Positions 27,230 through 37,286 of a stretch of 64,000 nucleotides of DNA are shown piece by piece. The notes below the pieces were generated by a model. The model did not search any database, had not been told where the DNA came from, and saw only the letters and a list, made by a program, of their open reading frames with translations. Made by a program: the position numbers and the translations under genes. This DNA is from a virus. Each line of letters starts with the position of its first letter. Position 1 is the first letter of the stretch. Location of the stretch: the IMG/VR virus record IMGVR_UViG_3300016643_000133, positions 31,728 through 95,727 of that record, one strand, 5' to 3'.

Positions 27230-28341
27230 ATTTAAATTATGACCAGGCCTTGCATTGTGCCAAGGTTTTTGAAGATTATTTTGGTGATTTCAACCGAATA
27301 GATGAGTATATGCGAGAGCAGAAATTAAACTCTCTCGCAGAAATGCCATTTGCTTTGCCAGGTTGTGGACCAGAAGCAGATTTGTTTGATGATTTTACCA
27401 TGAACCCACAAGATATGGAGTTTGAGGTTGTTGAACTAGAATCGGCTAGATGGCAATTATATCTGGATATTATTTCATCACACAATAATCTATCATCACC
27501 TGGCCGTAATGTTCGCTTGGCTGTAATGGAAAAGAAAACTCAGAAATGGGTTGGTTTCATTCGTCTTGGTTCTCCAACAATTATGATGAAGCCAAGAAAT
27601 GAACTTCTTGGTTGTGTAATGACAAATGAACTAGAAACAACCAAGGCTTTCAATCGTGCTGCTGCGATGGGTTTTGTAATTGTACCAGCGCAACCTTTTG
27701 GTTTCAATTATCTTGGTGGTAAATTGCTGGCAGGTATCTGTTGTTCACATGAAGTGCGTGAGATATTGAACAAGAAGTATGGTATGAATACTTGCTTGTT
27801 TGAAACCACCAGTTTGTATGGCACCACAAAGTCCGTATCTCAATATGATGGTATGAAACCTTATCTAAGATTTGGTGGTGTAACTGAATCTGATTTTTTA
27901 CCAATGATGCATGGCAAACCATATGAAGATTTAAAAGAATATGTTGAAGGTATTGTTGGTGAATTTGTTCCTGCTGATGCTTCTAGTCGCAAACTAAAGA
28001 TTAGCAATACGATTATTGCGATGACGAAGGCTGCATTAAAGAACCATAAGAGTGATTATGACACATTTATGGCCACCATCCAGAAAGCCAAAGGTTTGAC
28101 TGAAAGAAAACGATACTACTATTCAAACTATGGTTTTTCTAACTTCAAAGATGTGGTGATTGGAAAGTCAGATAAACTTGTACCAGACAAGGAAAACTAT
28201 GATAAATTTCACATGGAGAATATCATAGAATGGTGGAAAAAGAAGGCTTGTAGTAGATTTACAACACTTCAGACAGAAAACCGACTGAGAACAGAGATAG
28301 AGGTGTGGACAGGCGATAAAGAGATTGACATTATCCGTTAA
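27226..28341 (+). CDS. second DUF4338/DruA-like protein
   Basis: PGRNVRLAV, IVPAQPFGFNYLGGKLLA, FETTSLYG, SQYDG; paralog of 5571..6848. Confidence 0.6.
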   Translation: MNLNYDQALHCAKVFEDYFGDFNRIDEYMREQKLNSLAEMPFALPGCGPEADLFDDFTMNPQDMEFEVVELESARWQLYLDIISSHNNLSSPGRNVRLAVMEKKTQKWVGFIRLGSPTIMMKPRNELLGCVMTNELETTKAFNRAAAMGFVIVPAQPFGFNYLGGKLLAGICCSHEVREILNKKYGMNTCLFETTSLYGTTKSVSQYDGMKPYLRFGGVTESDFLPMMHGKPYEDLKEYVEGIVGEFVPADASSRKLKISNTIIAMTKAALKNHKSDYDTFMATIQKAKGLTERKRYYYSNYGFSNFKDVVIGKSDKLVPDKENYDKFHMENIIEWWKKKACSRFTTLQTENRLRTEIEVWTGDKEIDIIR

Positions 28342-28359
28342 TCGTAGTAGGATAAATAC

Positions 28360-29466
28360 ATGAATATGAAAATTCCTACTAAAGTCAATACTGATACTTC
28401 AAGTCAATCTGGTGCTGGTGCAGAAGTAACTGCATTAGCAGAATCTTTGCAAGCATATGCTTGTGCAACTAGACAACACTATGGTAAACCTCTTGGCGAT
28501 ATATCTCAGGTTACAGAAAGAACAATTGCTGATGCTGATTGCGATAGAACACTAAAACAATGTATGAAAGGCCTTGACGAAAAATGGTTTCTCAGCATCG
28601 TAAAAACAGCAAATAAAATTTTTGAAGAAGTTCCTGGAGCTAAAACAGGAAAAAGATTTAAGTTTTACCGTGGAGGTAGATTTGTAGATTCCATTTACAA
28701 TCAATGGAGAAAATTTAAAAAAGATAGTGGAATTACTGGTGATGATAAATGGAATCCTGCTGATATTTGGATGGCCAAAAAAGATTTTAAATTAAAGGAT
28801 GGTTGGCCAACCCTTAGAGATTATAACCGTTACATCTATGATGAATTTGCAAAAACCAATTTAATTGGTATTTCTTTAAAAAAATTAGACCCTAAAGCAA
28901 CTGAAGCACATTCTAAAATTTTTAATAATGGTAAACCACTTATAGCACAGTTTAAAGGAATAAAACTCGGCGCAAATATGTTTGATTCAAAAGATATCTA
29001 CATACAATACAAATCAGAAGGCGTTGACGGTGAAATTCAGTTTCGTAATTTTTCTAGCAGACCACAACCATCTTCTTGGCAAGGAGAAATTAAAGGTAAA
29101 AGCGCTGCAGGTGGAAAAATTGGCGGCGGAGTTGTAATGTCTGGTGCTATAGAAGCGGGAGTTCCTAGAACTAAATTAACACAACCAAATCAAGTGCCAA
29201 TTGAAAAGCCAAAAGATTCTGACTTTAAAGAATTTGCTATGATGTTTAAATACTTATCAAAATCAAAAGATAATTTAGACAACTTAATAATGCAGGCAAA
29301 AGCTGGCCACCGAAAAGATAAAACTTGGTGGATGTCCAAATATCTTGGAATTAGTTTAGTATATGCAGTATTACAATCAAAAAAAGAAGATGCATTTTGT
29401 AAATATATTTTTGAGTATGCTTCATCAGCAACAAAAAATAGTAGTATTTTTATAAAGTATAGCTAA
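28360..29466 (+). CDS. putative PD-(D/E)xK-like nuclease, late expressed (start may be 28366)
   Basis: AESLQA, DKWNPADIW, LIGISLKK; GATAAATA just upstream. Confidence 0.5.
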   Translation: MNMKIPTKVNTDTSSQSGAGAEVTALAESLQAYACATRQHYGKPLGDISQVTERTIADADCDRTLKQCMKGLDEKWFLSIVKTANKIFEEVPGAKTGKRFKFYRGGRFVDSIYNQWRKFKKDSGITGDDKWNPADIWMAKKDFKLKDGWPTLRDYNRYIYDEFAKTNLIGISLKKLDPKATEAHSKIFNNGKPLIAQFKGIKLGANMFDSKDIYIQYKSEGVDGEIQFRNFSSRPQPSSWQGEIKGKSAAGGKIGGGVVMSGAIEAGVPRTKLTQPNQVPIEKPKDSDFKEFAMMFKYLSKSKDNLDNLIMQAKAGHRKDKTWWMSKYLGISLVYAVLQSKKEDAFCKYIFEYASSATKNSSIFIKYS

Positions 29467-30692
29467 TGAATTTCACAGAATTTTTAACCGAAGGTAAAGA
29501 AGGTAAGAATGTTCACCTTGAGCATATTGAGGATGAAGTTCTAAATTTTGGCGTAACTGGTGCCAGGTCCGCCATTAACTTTCTACAATCACTCCGTAAT
29601 ATGTTGGCAGGTCATGCTGAATCAAAAGTGAATATTACTACGAAGTGGGATGGCGCACCTGCTATTTTTGCTGGTATTAATCCAGAAAATGGTAAATTCT
29701 TTGTTGGCACCAAAGGTGTATTCAATGTCAGCCCAAAATTAAATTATACAGATGAAGATATTGATAACAACCATCCAACAGAAGGCCTTAATAAAAAACT
29801 TAAAGTAGCACTACGCTATCTACCAAAACTCGGCATCAAAGGCATATTGCAAGGCGATATGATGTTTACAAAAGGTGATATTGATAAGCAAGTAATTGAT
29901 AATCAATCTTACATTATCTTTCAACCAAATACGATTGTCTATGCTGTGCCATCAGATACGAAACTTGCTCGTTCAATGTTAGATGCTCAAATTGGTGTGG
30001 TATTTCATACATCATATACAGGTAAGAAGATGCAGGATATGAAGGCCTCTTTTAATGTTGATATTGGCGGTCTCACAAATACTAAAGATGTTTGGTTCCG
30101 TGATGCGTCATTTGTTGATACCTCTGGTTCTGCCACATTCACAGAAGAAGAAACGAAGCAATTGACAACCATACTTTCTATGGCAGGCAGGACCTTTCAG
30201 AGTATTAGTTCTATGGTATTGAATCGTGTTGCTTCAAATGATGTAATTAAAACTTATATCAAAACATTTAATAATGCTAAAGTTCGCCAAGGTGCCAAAA
30301 TTACCAATACAAATCAACATACATTGGAATTGATTCGCTGGGTTGAGGCGAAGCTAAATAAAGATATTGCTGATGTAAAAAAAGAAGAAGCAAAAAGAAA
30401 GCGTATACAAGCTAAAACGGAAATTATGCGGTTCTTCCGTCAAAATGCAGGACAATTAAGGTCTATATTTGATTTACAAAATCTGTTAGTAGATGCAAAA
30501 CTAATGATTGTTCGTAAATTAGAAACTGTCAAATCAATTGGTACATTTGTAAAAACTGATGATGGTTTCAGAATTACTGCACCAGAAGGGTTTGTTGCGG
30601 TAGATAGGTTAAAAGGTAATGCAGTTAAATTGGTTGACCGATTAGAATTTAGTCAAGCAAACTTTAATGCTGCAAAGAATTGGGACAAATAA
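29466..30692 (+). CDS. DUF6267-like protein with ligase-type KxDG motif and capsid-targeting-like N-terminus
   Basis: MNFTEFLTE; HLEHIED, TTKWDGAPA, LQGDMMF, PEGFVA, VKLVDRLEFS. Confidence 0.65.
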   Translation: MNFTEFLTEGKEGKNVHLEHIEDEVLNFGVTGARSAINFLQSLRNMLAGHAESKVNITTKWDGAPAIFAGINPENGKFFVGTKGVFNVSPKLNYTDEDIDNNHPTEGLNKKLKVALRYLPKLGIKGILQGDMMFTKGDIDKQVIDNQSYIIFQPNTIVYAVPSDTKLARSMLDAQIGVVFHTSYTGKKMQDMKASFNVDIGGLTNTKDVWFRDASFVDTSGSATFTEEETKQLTTILSMAGRTFQSISSMVLNRVASNDVIKTYIKTFNNAKVRQGAKITNTNQHTLELIRWVEAKLNKDIADVKKEEAKRKRIQAKTEIMRFFRQNAGQLRSIFDLQNLLVDAKLMIVRKLETVKSIGTFVKTDDGFRITAPEGFVAVDRLKGNAVKLVDRLEFSQANFNAAKNWDK

Positions 30693-30964
30693 TGGCATAC
30701 GATATTACTAAAATTTTAGCAGAGTATGGTGAAGATGACTTTGGGTTTACTACAGTTGATGAAGCTGAATATCAAGCAGTTATTGCTGAGAAAGATGAAA
30801 CTGTAGAAGAATACAAAGCTAGGTTAGCACAGGTAGAAAAGATTATTATGCCTTTTCTTACTAACCTTTATAAGTCAGCTAATCAACCATATATTCATTG
30901 GCCAAACCGTGGTCCAATTATTGAAAAACAAATGCAAAAGATTCTTACTTTGACGAGGGGTTAA
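30692..30964 (+). CDS. hypothetical protein
   Basis: DDFGFT...PFLTNL...YIHWPNR; TAATG coupling. Confidence 0.7.
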   Translation: MAYDITKILAEYGEDDFGFTTVDEAEYQAVIAEKDETVEEYKARLAQVEKIIMPFLTNLYKSANQPYIHWPNRGPIIEKQMQKILTLTRG

Positions 30965-31290
30965 TGTTTAAAAGTAAGGTAGATGAAGCTGCATATGTTG
31001 GCAACATTGGTATGATGGAACTAATGAGATTTCACCAAAAAGCCAATGCAGAACAAAAAAAGAAACTTCAACAACATATAAAGAATAAAGAAAGTGGTAA
31101 AGCTTGGGACCACATTCAACAAGTTACTGGCATGAAGTTGCATAAGAGTGTAAAAGAAGAAGCAAAGCCAGATATTTTGCCTGTTGCTGGTGCTGGCCAA
31201 TGGGGAACAGATACACTACGGCGAAATTATCAAAATGCAACACCTGGCCAAGGAATAAAACGATTTAAGGATTATAACAAGCATAAGTAA
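30964..31290 (+). CDS. hypothetical, probable head-internal modular protein
   Basis: VDE/VKEE junctions, GAGQWGT...TPGQ, C-terminal IKRFKDY. Confidence 0.6.
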   Translation: MFKSKVDEAAYVGNIGMMELMRFHQKANAEQKKKLQQHIKNKESGKAWDHIQQVTGMKLHKSVKEEAKPDILPVAGAGQWGTDTLRRNYQNATPGQGIKRFKDYNKHK

Positions 31291-31312
31291 TTAATAACAA
31301 CTGAGGTTTATT

Positions 31313-32149
31313 ATGAAAGATTTGATAATCGGCACAAGTACCAACTATGATTGGTCCAAATTAAAATATTGGGTCAACTCAATCAACAAATCAGGATTCC
31401 AAGGTGATAAGGTCCTGGTTCTTCTCAACTGCGATAGAGACACCATAAAAAAAGTCCAAGAAGCAGGGTTCATTGTCGTTGGCACCAAACAAGATGACAA
31501 TGGAAATTTAGTATACCAATCAAGTATTCCTGTTCATGTAGAGCGCTTTCTACATATGCACGCTTTCTTAGAAAAAAGAGAGTATCGCTATGTCATCACT
31601 ACAGATGTAAAAGATGTGGTGTTTCAGCGTAACCCAATTGACTATATTGAAAAAACACTCAATGATGATAAAGAGTTGATGTTTGCTTCAGAATCTTTGC
31701 GTTACTTTGATGAACCATGGGGAAATCAAAACCTAATGGACACATATGGCAATTACATCTATGACCATTATAAAGGTAATGAAATTTATAATGTTGGCGT
31801 TTTGGCTGGCACAGGTCAAGCGATGAAAGAATTGTTTATCAATATCTTTGCTGCAGCTATTGGCCGACCAATTCCTATTTGTGACCAATCAACCTTTAAC
31901 TTTATGATTCAAAGCACATGGTTTAGAAAAACATCCGTGTATTTGAGGTCTGAAGATGCTTGGGCTGCACAACTTGGCACAACAGCGGATCCATCTAAAA
32001 TAGAACAGTTTAGACCTTTATTGGTAGAACCTGAACCAAAAATGGAAAATGGTGAAATCACAACATCTGCCAATATACCCTTTACAATTGTGCATCAGTA
32101 TGATAGAATTCCTTATTGGAAAAATGTGATAGAGGCAAAATATGGCTAA
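31313..32149 (+). CDS. glycosyltransferase-like protein
   Basis: TTDVKDVVFQ DxD-like, NVGVLAG, DQSTFN, IVHQYDR. Confidence 0.65.
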   Translation: MKDLIIGTSTNYDWSKLKYWVNSINKSGFQGDKVLVLLNCDRDTIKKVQEAGFIVVGTKQDDNGNLVYQSSIPVHVERFLHMHAFLEKREYRYVITTDVKDVVFQRNPIDYIEKTLNDDKELMFASESLRYFDEPWGNQNLMDTYGNYIYDHYKGNEIYNVGVLAGTGQAMKELFINIFAAAIGRPIPICDQSTFNFMIQSTWFRKTSVYLRSEDAWAAQLGTTADPSKIEQFRPLLVEPEPKMENGEITTSANIPFTIVHQYDRIPYWKNVIEAKYG

Positions 32150-33164
32150 AAAAGTATTAGTAACTGGTGGTGCAGGTTTTATTGCACACCATCTGATTGA
32201 AACATTGATACAAAAAACTGATTGGGAGATTGTATCATTAGACCGTTTGGACTTTTCTGGTAATCTAAATCGTCTTGCAGATGTGATGCAACAATTTACA
32301 CCGCAAGATAGAAAGAGAGTTCAAATTGTTTACCATGATTTACGAGCAGAACTAAATGCACAGATTATTAGTTTGCTTGGCGATGTAAATATTATTTTAC
32401 ATTTAGCCGCAGGTTCTCATGTTGACCGTTCAATTGAATTCCCTATGGAGTTTGTGATGGACAATGTGGTTGGTACAACCAACCTTTTAAACTACGCAAG
32501 AAACCTACGCAATCTAGAAAGATTTGTTTATTTTTCTACTGACGAAGTGTTTGGTCCTGCACCAGAAGGCGTTTATTATGGCGAGCGAGACAGGTATAAC
32601 TCAACAAACCCTTATTCAGCTTCTAAAGCTGCCGCAGAAGAAATTTGTGTCGCATTTGAAAACACTTATAAGATGCCATTATACATTACACATACGATGA
32701 ATGTATTTGGCGAGCGTCAGCATCCAGAGAAATACATTCCGTTATGTATTCGCCGTGTCCGTGCAGGTGAAACAATTATGATTCATTCTGACCCAACAAA
32801 GACCAAGGCAGGTTCTCGCCATTACATTCACGCAAAAGATGTAGCAGATGGTCTACTTCATGTTTTGAGTTTACAAGGACCATTTTCTAAAGATTATGGT
32901 GGTGCCAAATGTCCTAAATTTAACCTTGTTGGTAAAGAAGAAATTGATAATCTTACTTTAGCACAGATGATTGCTAAAGTGCAAGGTAAAGAATTGCATT
33001 ATCAAATGAATGATTTTCATTCTGCAAGGCCAGGCCATGACCTTAGATATTCATTGAGTGGTGAATATATGAAATCATTGGGATGGGAACCACAGATTGC
33101 TTTGAGTGAGCGTATTGAACAGGTTGTAAACTGGACTCTGGCAAATGATAGGTGGTTGAAATGA
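32142..33164 (+). CDS. dTDP-glucose 4,6-dehydratase-like (RmlB family)
   Basis: TGGAGFIA, HLAAGSHVDRS, STDEVFG, YSASK, RPGHDLRY. Confidence 0.88.
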   Translation: MAKKVLVTGGAGFIAHHLIETLIQKTDWEIVSLDRLDFSGNLNRLADVMQQFTPQDRKRVQIVYHDLRAELNAQIISLLGDVNIILHLAAGSHVDRSIEFPMEFVMDNVVGTTNLLNYARNLRNLERFVYFSTDEVFGPAPEGVYYGERDRYNSTNPYSASKAAAEEICVAFENTYKMPLYITHTMNVFGERQHPEKYIPLCIRRVRAGETIMIHSDPTKTKAGSRHYIHAKDVADGLLHVLSLQGPFSKDYGGAKCPKFNLVGKEEIDNLTLAQMIAKVQGKELHYQMNDFHSARPGHDLRYSLSGEYMKSLGWEPQIALSERIEQVVNWTLANDRWLK

Positions 33165-33853
33165 AAATTGCATTGTGTTTGAGTGGACAGCCAAGGTGTG
33201 TCAAACAAGGTTATGAATACCACAAAAAAAATCTATTAGACCATTATGATGTAGATGTTTTTTGCCATGTGTGGGATACAAATGGAGTTGAAGATATTTC
33301 GCTTTATAATCCAACAGCGTTGATGATTGAAAAATCATTAACAAATGACCTATCAAAATACACAAGAGTTCCACCACCACAACCAAATTGGAAAGTAAAA
33401 GACCCTGCTCGTGCAGCATGGAATCTCACTTACTCTCTGATGAAAGCAAACGAACTGCGACAAGCATCTACAACAAAATACGATTGGGTAATTCGTTCTC
33501 GTTATGATTTCGCACTAAATGTGGTAATTCCTTTTGCAGAGTTAGATAGCACCAAACTTTACATACCAAATTGTCGTATGACACCACAGAGAGATTTTGG
33601 TAATGACCAGTTTGCATTTTCTTCACCTGAAAATATGGACAAATATGCAGATTGTTTTAATCAAATTAACAAGTTTTATGACCTTGGCACAATTATGATT
33701 GGTGAAGAAATGATGGCTGCAAATTGGCGTGAAAAAGGTTTAACTGGTGAGAACTTAGTTTACTTTGACCCCAATCACCCGTTTCCACCTGGCCCACACA
33801 ACGGCACCTGGCATTCATTATTGAGAGAAGATTTTGAATCTTGGCAAAAGTAA
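33161..33853 (+). CDS. glycan-biosynthesis hypothetical protein
   Basis: KIALCLSGQPR, YDWVIRSRYD, NDQFA. Confidence 0.6.
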   Translation: MKIALCLSGQPRCVKQGYEYHKKNLLDHYDVDVFCHVWDTNGVEDISLYNPTALMIEKSLTNDLSKYTRVPPPQPNWKVKDPARAAWNLTYSLMKANELRQASTTKYDWVIRSRYDFALNVVIPFAELDSTKLYIPNCRMTPQRDFGNDQFAFSSPENMDKYADCFNQINKFYDLGTIMIGEEMMAANWREKGLTGENLVYFDPNHPFPPGPHNGTWHSLLREDFESWQK

Positions 33854-34584
33854 TCAAACAGCTGAAAGGCCATTCAATGAGTAAAGTTGAATTGATGCAA
33901 AAAGATGGTCAGACCTTTGTTCGTAAGACCGGAGGTATTGGTCGCAATATAGAAAGATATGATGCTCTTTCTCGCCTTAACTTGCCTATTCCAAAAATAT
34001 TAGAAATTTATGGTGATTCATATGACATGGAATATATTCAGCATGAAGATATGAAAACCTTTTTGACAAATCATAATGTAAATGATTTGGCTGAATTTTT
34101 AAAAACCACAATTGATAGTTTTTTATGGACTACAATTGAAAAAGATTATTCTAGGATATACGAACAAAAACTTTCTGTTTTTCCTTGGGATAATTATGAC
34201 CTGCCATTTAGAGGGCATGAGTTATACAATAAATTACCAAAATTTTTACCTTCGTCAGAGTATCATGGTGATTTAACTTTAGAAAACATATTGTATAAAA
34301 CAACGGGTGATTTTGTTTTAATTGACCCACTAACTACTGAGTATGATTCATATGTTTTTGATTTAGCTAAATTGCGCCAAGATATTACCTGTAAGTGGTT
34401 TATCCGTGGCGAAAAGTTTTATTTTGATTCTAAGTTAAAAGTATTAGATGACACTTTAAAAACCTATCGCCATTATTACGATGATTATTTACTCATACTG
34501 ATGTTAATGAGAGTTTTGCCTTACACATATTATGATGCAGATAAAGAATTCGTTGAAAGTGAGATAAGAAAATTATGGAAGTAA
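33841..34584 (+). CDS. APH/choline-kinase-like phosphotransferase
   Basis: HGDLTLENIL, LIDP, DLAKLRQD. Confidence 0.75.
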   Translation: MAKVIKQLKGHSMSKVELMQKDGQTFVRKTGGIGRNIERYDALSRLNLPIPKILEIYGDSYDMEYIQHEDMKTFLTNHNVNDLAEFLKTTIDSFLWTTIEKDYSRIYEQKLSVFPWDNYDLPFRGHELYNKLPKFLPSSEYHGDLTLENILYKTTGDFVLIDPLTTEYDSYVFDLAKLRQDITCKWFIRGEKFYFDSKLKVLDDTLKTYRHYYDDYLLILMLMRVLPYTYYDADKEFVESEIRKLWK

Positions 34585-35588
34585 TTATTCCTTGCGCTGG
34601 TGCTTCATCACGGTTTCCTGGTATGAGACCAAAATATTTGTTGACCGATTATGCTGGTCGCCTGATGGTTGAAAATGCGGCCGCACATTATATTGGTGTT
34701 CATCGTGTTACGATTGTTATTCTTAAAGAACATGATGAAAGGTACCAAGCTCGCAAGAAATTAGAAGAAGCTTTTAGTAATAAAATTGACATTGTTATGT
34801 TGGATAAACCAACTGCTGGCCCGGCCGATACAGTTTATCAGGCCATCAAAAGAGGCCGAGTAAAATTATCAGATTCGCTTCTAATCAAAGATTGTGACGG
34901 TTTCTATAAAACACAAGAGGTTGGCGGCAATGTAATTTATGTTGCAAGTTTGTCGGAACATCCAGGTATCAGAACAGCTGGTGCTAAAAGTTATACACTT
35001 ACAAATGACCAAGGCATTATCAATTCTGTTGTAGAAAAAAGAATTGTAAGTAATCATTTTTGTGTTGGTGGTTATCAATTTGAAACAGCACAAAGTTTCG
35101 TTGATGCTTTTGATAAGTTATCTACTACAAGTGAAATATTTGTTTCTAATATTGTAGATTACATGATATCAGAAGGCACCGTGTTTATTGAAAGTAATGT
35201 TGGTAATTTTACAGATGTAGGCACCGCAGATGATTGGTTTGATTATAATAACAAACCAACCTATTTCTGTGATATTGATGGCACGATTGTTAAGTCAAAG
35301 TGGGATTACTATGAGCCATGTGAACCATTGTGGGACAACATTACTGCTTTATTAAAAGAAAAACAAAGAGGGTGTAAAATTGTTTTTACCACATCTAGAC
35401 CAGACAAATATGGTAAATTGACATTGGATATGTTAGATGAACTAGGTTTCGGTGGTTGTCCTTTAATTATGGGTATTCATCATAGCAAACGAGTATTGAT
35501 AAATGATTATGCAAATTCAAATCCATACCCTACTGCTCTCGCTATCAATATCAAAAGAGACAGCGAAGATTTGGGAGATTTGATTTGA
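34575..35588 (+). CDS. sugar nucleotidyltransferase fused to HAD phosphatase
   Basis: IPCAGASSRF...PKYLL; C-terminal FCDIDGTI, TSRP, LINDY. Confidence 0.8.
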   Translation: MEVIIPCAGASSRFPGMRPKYLLTDYAGRLMVENAAAHYIGVHRVTIVILKEHDERYQARKKLEEAFSNKIDIVMLDKPTAGPADTVYQAIKRGRVKLSDSLLIKDCDGFYKTQEVGGNVIYVASLSEHPGIRTAGAKSYTLTNDQGIINSVVEKRIVSNHFCVGGYQFETAQSFVDAFDKLSTTSEIFVSNIVDYMISEGTVFIESNVGNFTDVGTADDWFDYNNKPTYFCDIDGTIVKSKWDYYEPCEPLWDNITALLKEKQRGCKIVFTTSRPDKYGKLTLDMLDELGFGGCPLIMGIHHSKRVLINDYANSNPYPTALAINIKRDSEDLGDLI

Positions 35589-36595
35589 ATATTTTTATTA
35601 CTGGCGCAGCTGGTGGTATTGGTTCTACATTAGCATTAAAACTCACACAAAATGGCCACAAAGTTATTGCGTATGATAATTTAAATAATGGGTATGAAGA
35701 AAACTTAATGGAAAATGGAGAGTTTTTCTGTCAACTAATTAAAGGTGACATTAGAACATTCACTAAACAGTTATCAAATTATTTTGATTACCATAATATT
35801 GATGTTGTTATTCATCTTGCAGCAATTACTTCTTTGCCAGAATGTGAATCTGATCCAGGCGAATGTATTGATGTAAATGTTGGCGGTACAGTCAATATCC
35901 TCAATGCAGCTCGTGAAAAAGGTATTCATGTCATTGTTGCTAGCACTTCAGCAATATATGAAAACAATGACCCAAAAGAAGCGCCGTTTAAAGAAGAATC
36001 AATTGTAGTGCCAAGGTTATTCTACCCATTGTCTAAGAAACTTATGGAAGAAACAATTCAATCATACATTCGTAATTATGATATGAATATTACAACCCTA
36101 AGATTCTTCAATGTGTTTGGTCCACGACAAGACATTCATCGTAAATCACCGCCTCTAATGAATTACATTGTGCGACAAATTAAAAGTAAAGAACCAATGA
36201 CATTCTATTCATCTGGCAACCATCCAAGAGATTATGTTCATGTTGATGATGTGGTGTCAATGATTGAAAAAGTATTACCAAGAACTGACAGACAAACATT
36301 CAATGTATGCACAGGAACTTTAACTTCTGTTTCTGATATCATTCGTTATGCTAAAATGGCCTTTGGTAGTTTTGAATATAGTTTTGAGAAACCTGCTAAG
36401 TATTGGTCAAATTATGATGAGCTATATAAAGGTGCCAAGCCAATACAAGATTTCGTAATTGAAAATGAGGTTAAAAAGTTTTCTTTAGGTTGCACCAAAA
36501 AAGCAGAACAACTTTTAGATTGGAAACCAAACAAAGATATTGAATCGTTAATGATAGAATCAATGAAACAAAATTATGAGCTTTATACCAAATAA
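35585..36595 (+). CDS. NAD-dependent epimerase/dehydratase
   Basis: TGAAGGIGS, HLAA, YPLSK, RFFNVFGP, RDYVHVDD. Confidence 0.88.
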   Translation: MNIFITGAAGGIGSTLALKLTQNGHKVIAYDNLNNGYEENLMENGEFFCQLIKGDIRTFTKQLSNYFDYHNIDVVIHLAAITSLPECESDPGECIDVNVGGTVNILNAAREKGIHVIVASTSAIYENNDPKEAPFKEESIVVPRLFYPLSKKLMEETIQSYIRNYDMNITTLRFFNVFGPRQDIHRKSPPLMNYIVRQIKSKEPMTFYSSGNHPRDYVHVDDVVSMIEKVLPRTDRQTFNVCTGTLTSVSDIIRYAKMAFGSFEYSFEKPAKYWSNYDELYKGAKPIQDFVIENEVKKFSLGCTKKAEQLLDWKPNKDIESLMIESMKQNYELYTK

Positions 36596-37286
36596 AAACT
36601 TATTCATTGTAACCTCGGCATTACACGCTAACATTGGTGTTGTTAATGAACAAAATAGATTGTTACAAACAATTCAGACATTAGAAAACCTCAAACAAAA
36701 AGTGCCTGATGCGGTGGTTCTTTTCGTTGATGGCTCACCACATAACATCTCTGAAGAAATTAAAAAGAAAATTAGTGAATATTGCCAAGCATTTTGGTTT
36801 AACAATCATCCAGATGTTTATGCAATGGCATCTTCTGGTCGTAAAAGTGAAGCAGAAATTGTTATGTTGTTTAATACTCTAATTCAATTTAAACAAAACA
36901 AAGAACTAATGAAGTTTATGCATGAAGTAAAACGAATATTTAAATACTCAGCAAGAACTATATTAGAAGATGATTTTGACATAAAAGAATACGATAACAA
37001 GTTTGGTAAATATGTATTTAAAAAATCTATTCCTTCTTGGATGTCACCAGAGCGAAAAACAAACATTACTGACCACCTTTATATTACAAGAATGTATTCG
37101 TTTTGTCCGTCTTTATTGGACAATTATTTACAATCATTACAACCAATATTGAACAATGTTATTCAACATGGCATTGATACAGAACACGCTCACTATTTGT
37201 GTCTAGATAGGAGAAATGTGATTGAGTTTGATAGAATTAAATGTGCTGGCATCGTAGCTGGTTCAGGTGAAACGGAGAGATACTAA
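36576..37286 (+). CDS. glycosyltransferase-like hypothetical protein
   Basis: FIVTSA...RLLQTIQT...KSEAE...FKYSAR; sugar-island context. Confidence 0.5.
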   Translation: MSFIPNKNLFIVTSALHANIGVVNEQNRLLQTIQTLENLKQKVPDAVVLFVDGSPHNISEEIKKKISEYCQAFWFNNHPDVYAMASSGRKSEAEIVMLFNTLIQFKQNKELMKFMHEVKRIFKYSARTILEDDFDIKEYDNKFGKYVFKKSIPSWMSPERKTNITDHLYITRMYSFCPSLLDNYLQSLQPILNNVIQHGIDTEHAHYLCLDRRNVIEFDRIKCAGIVAGSGETERY

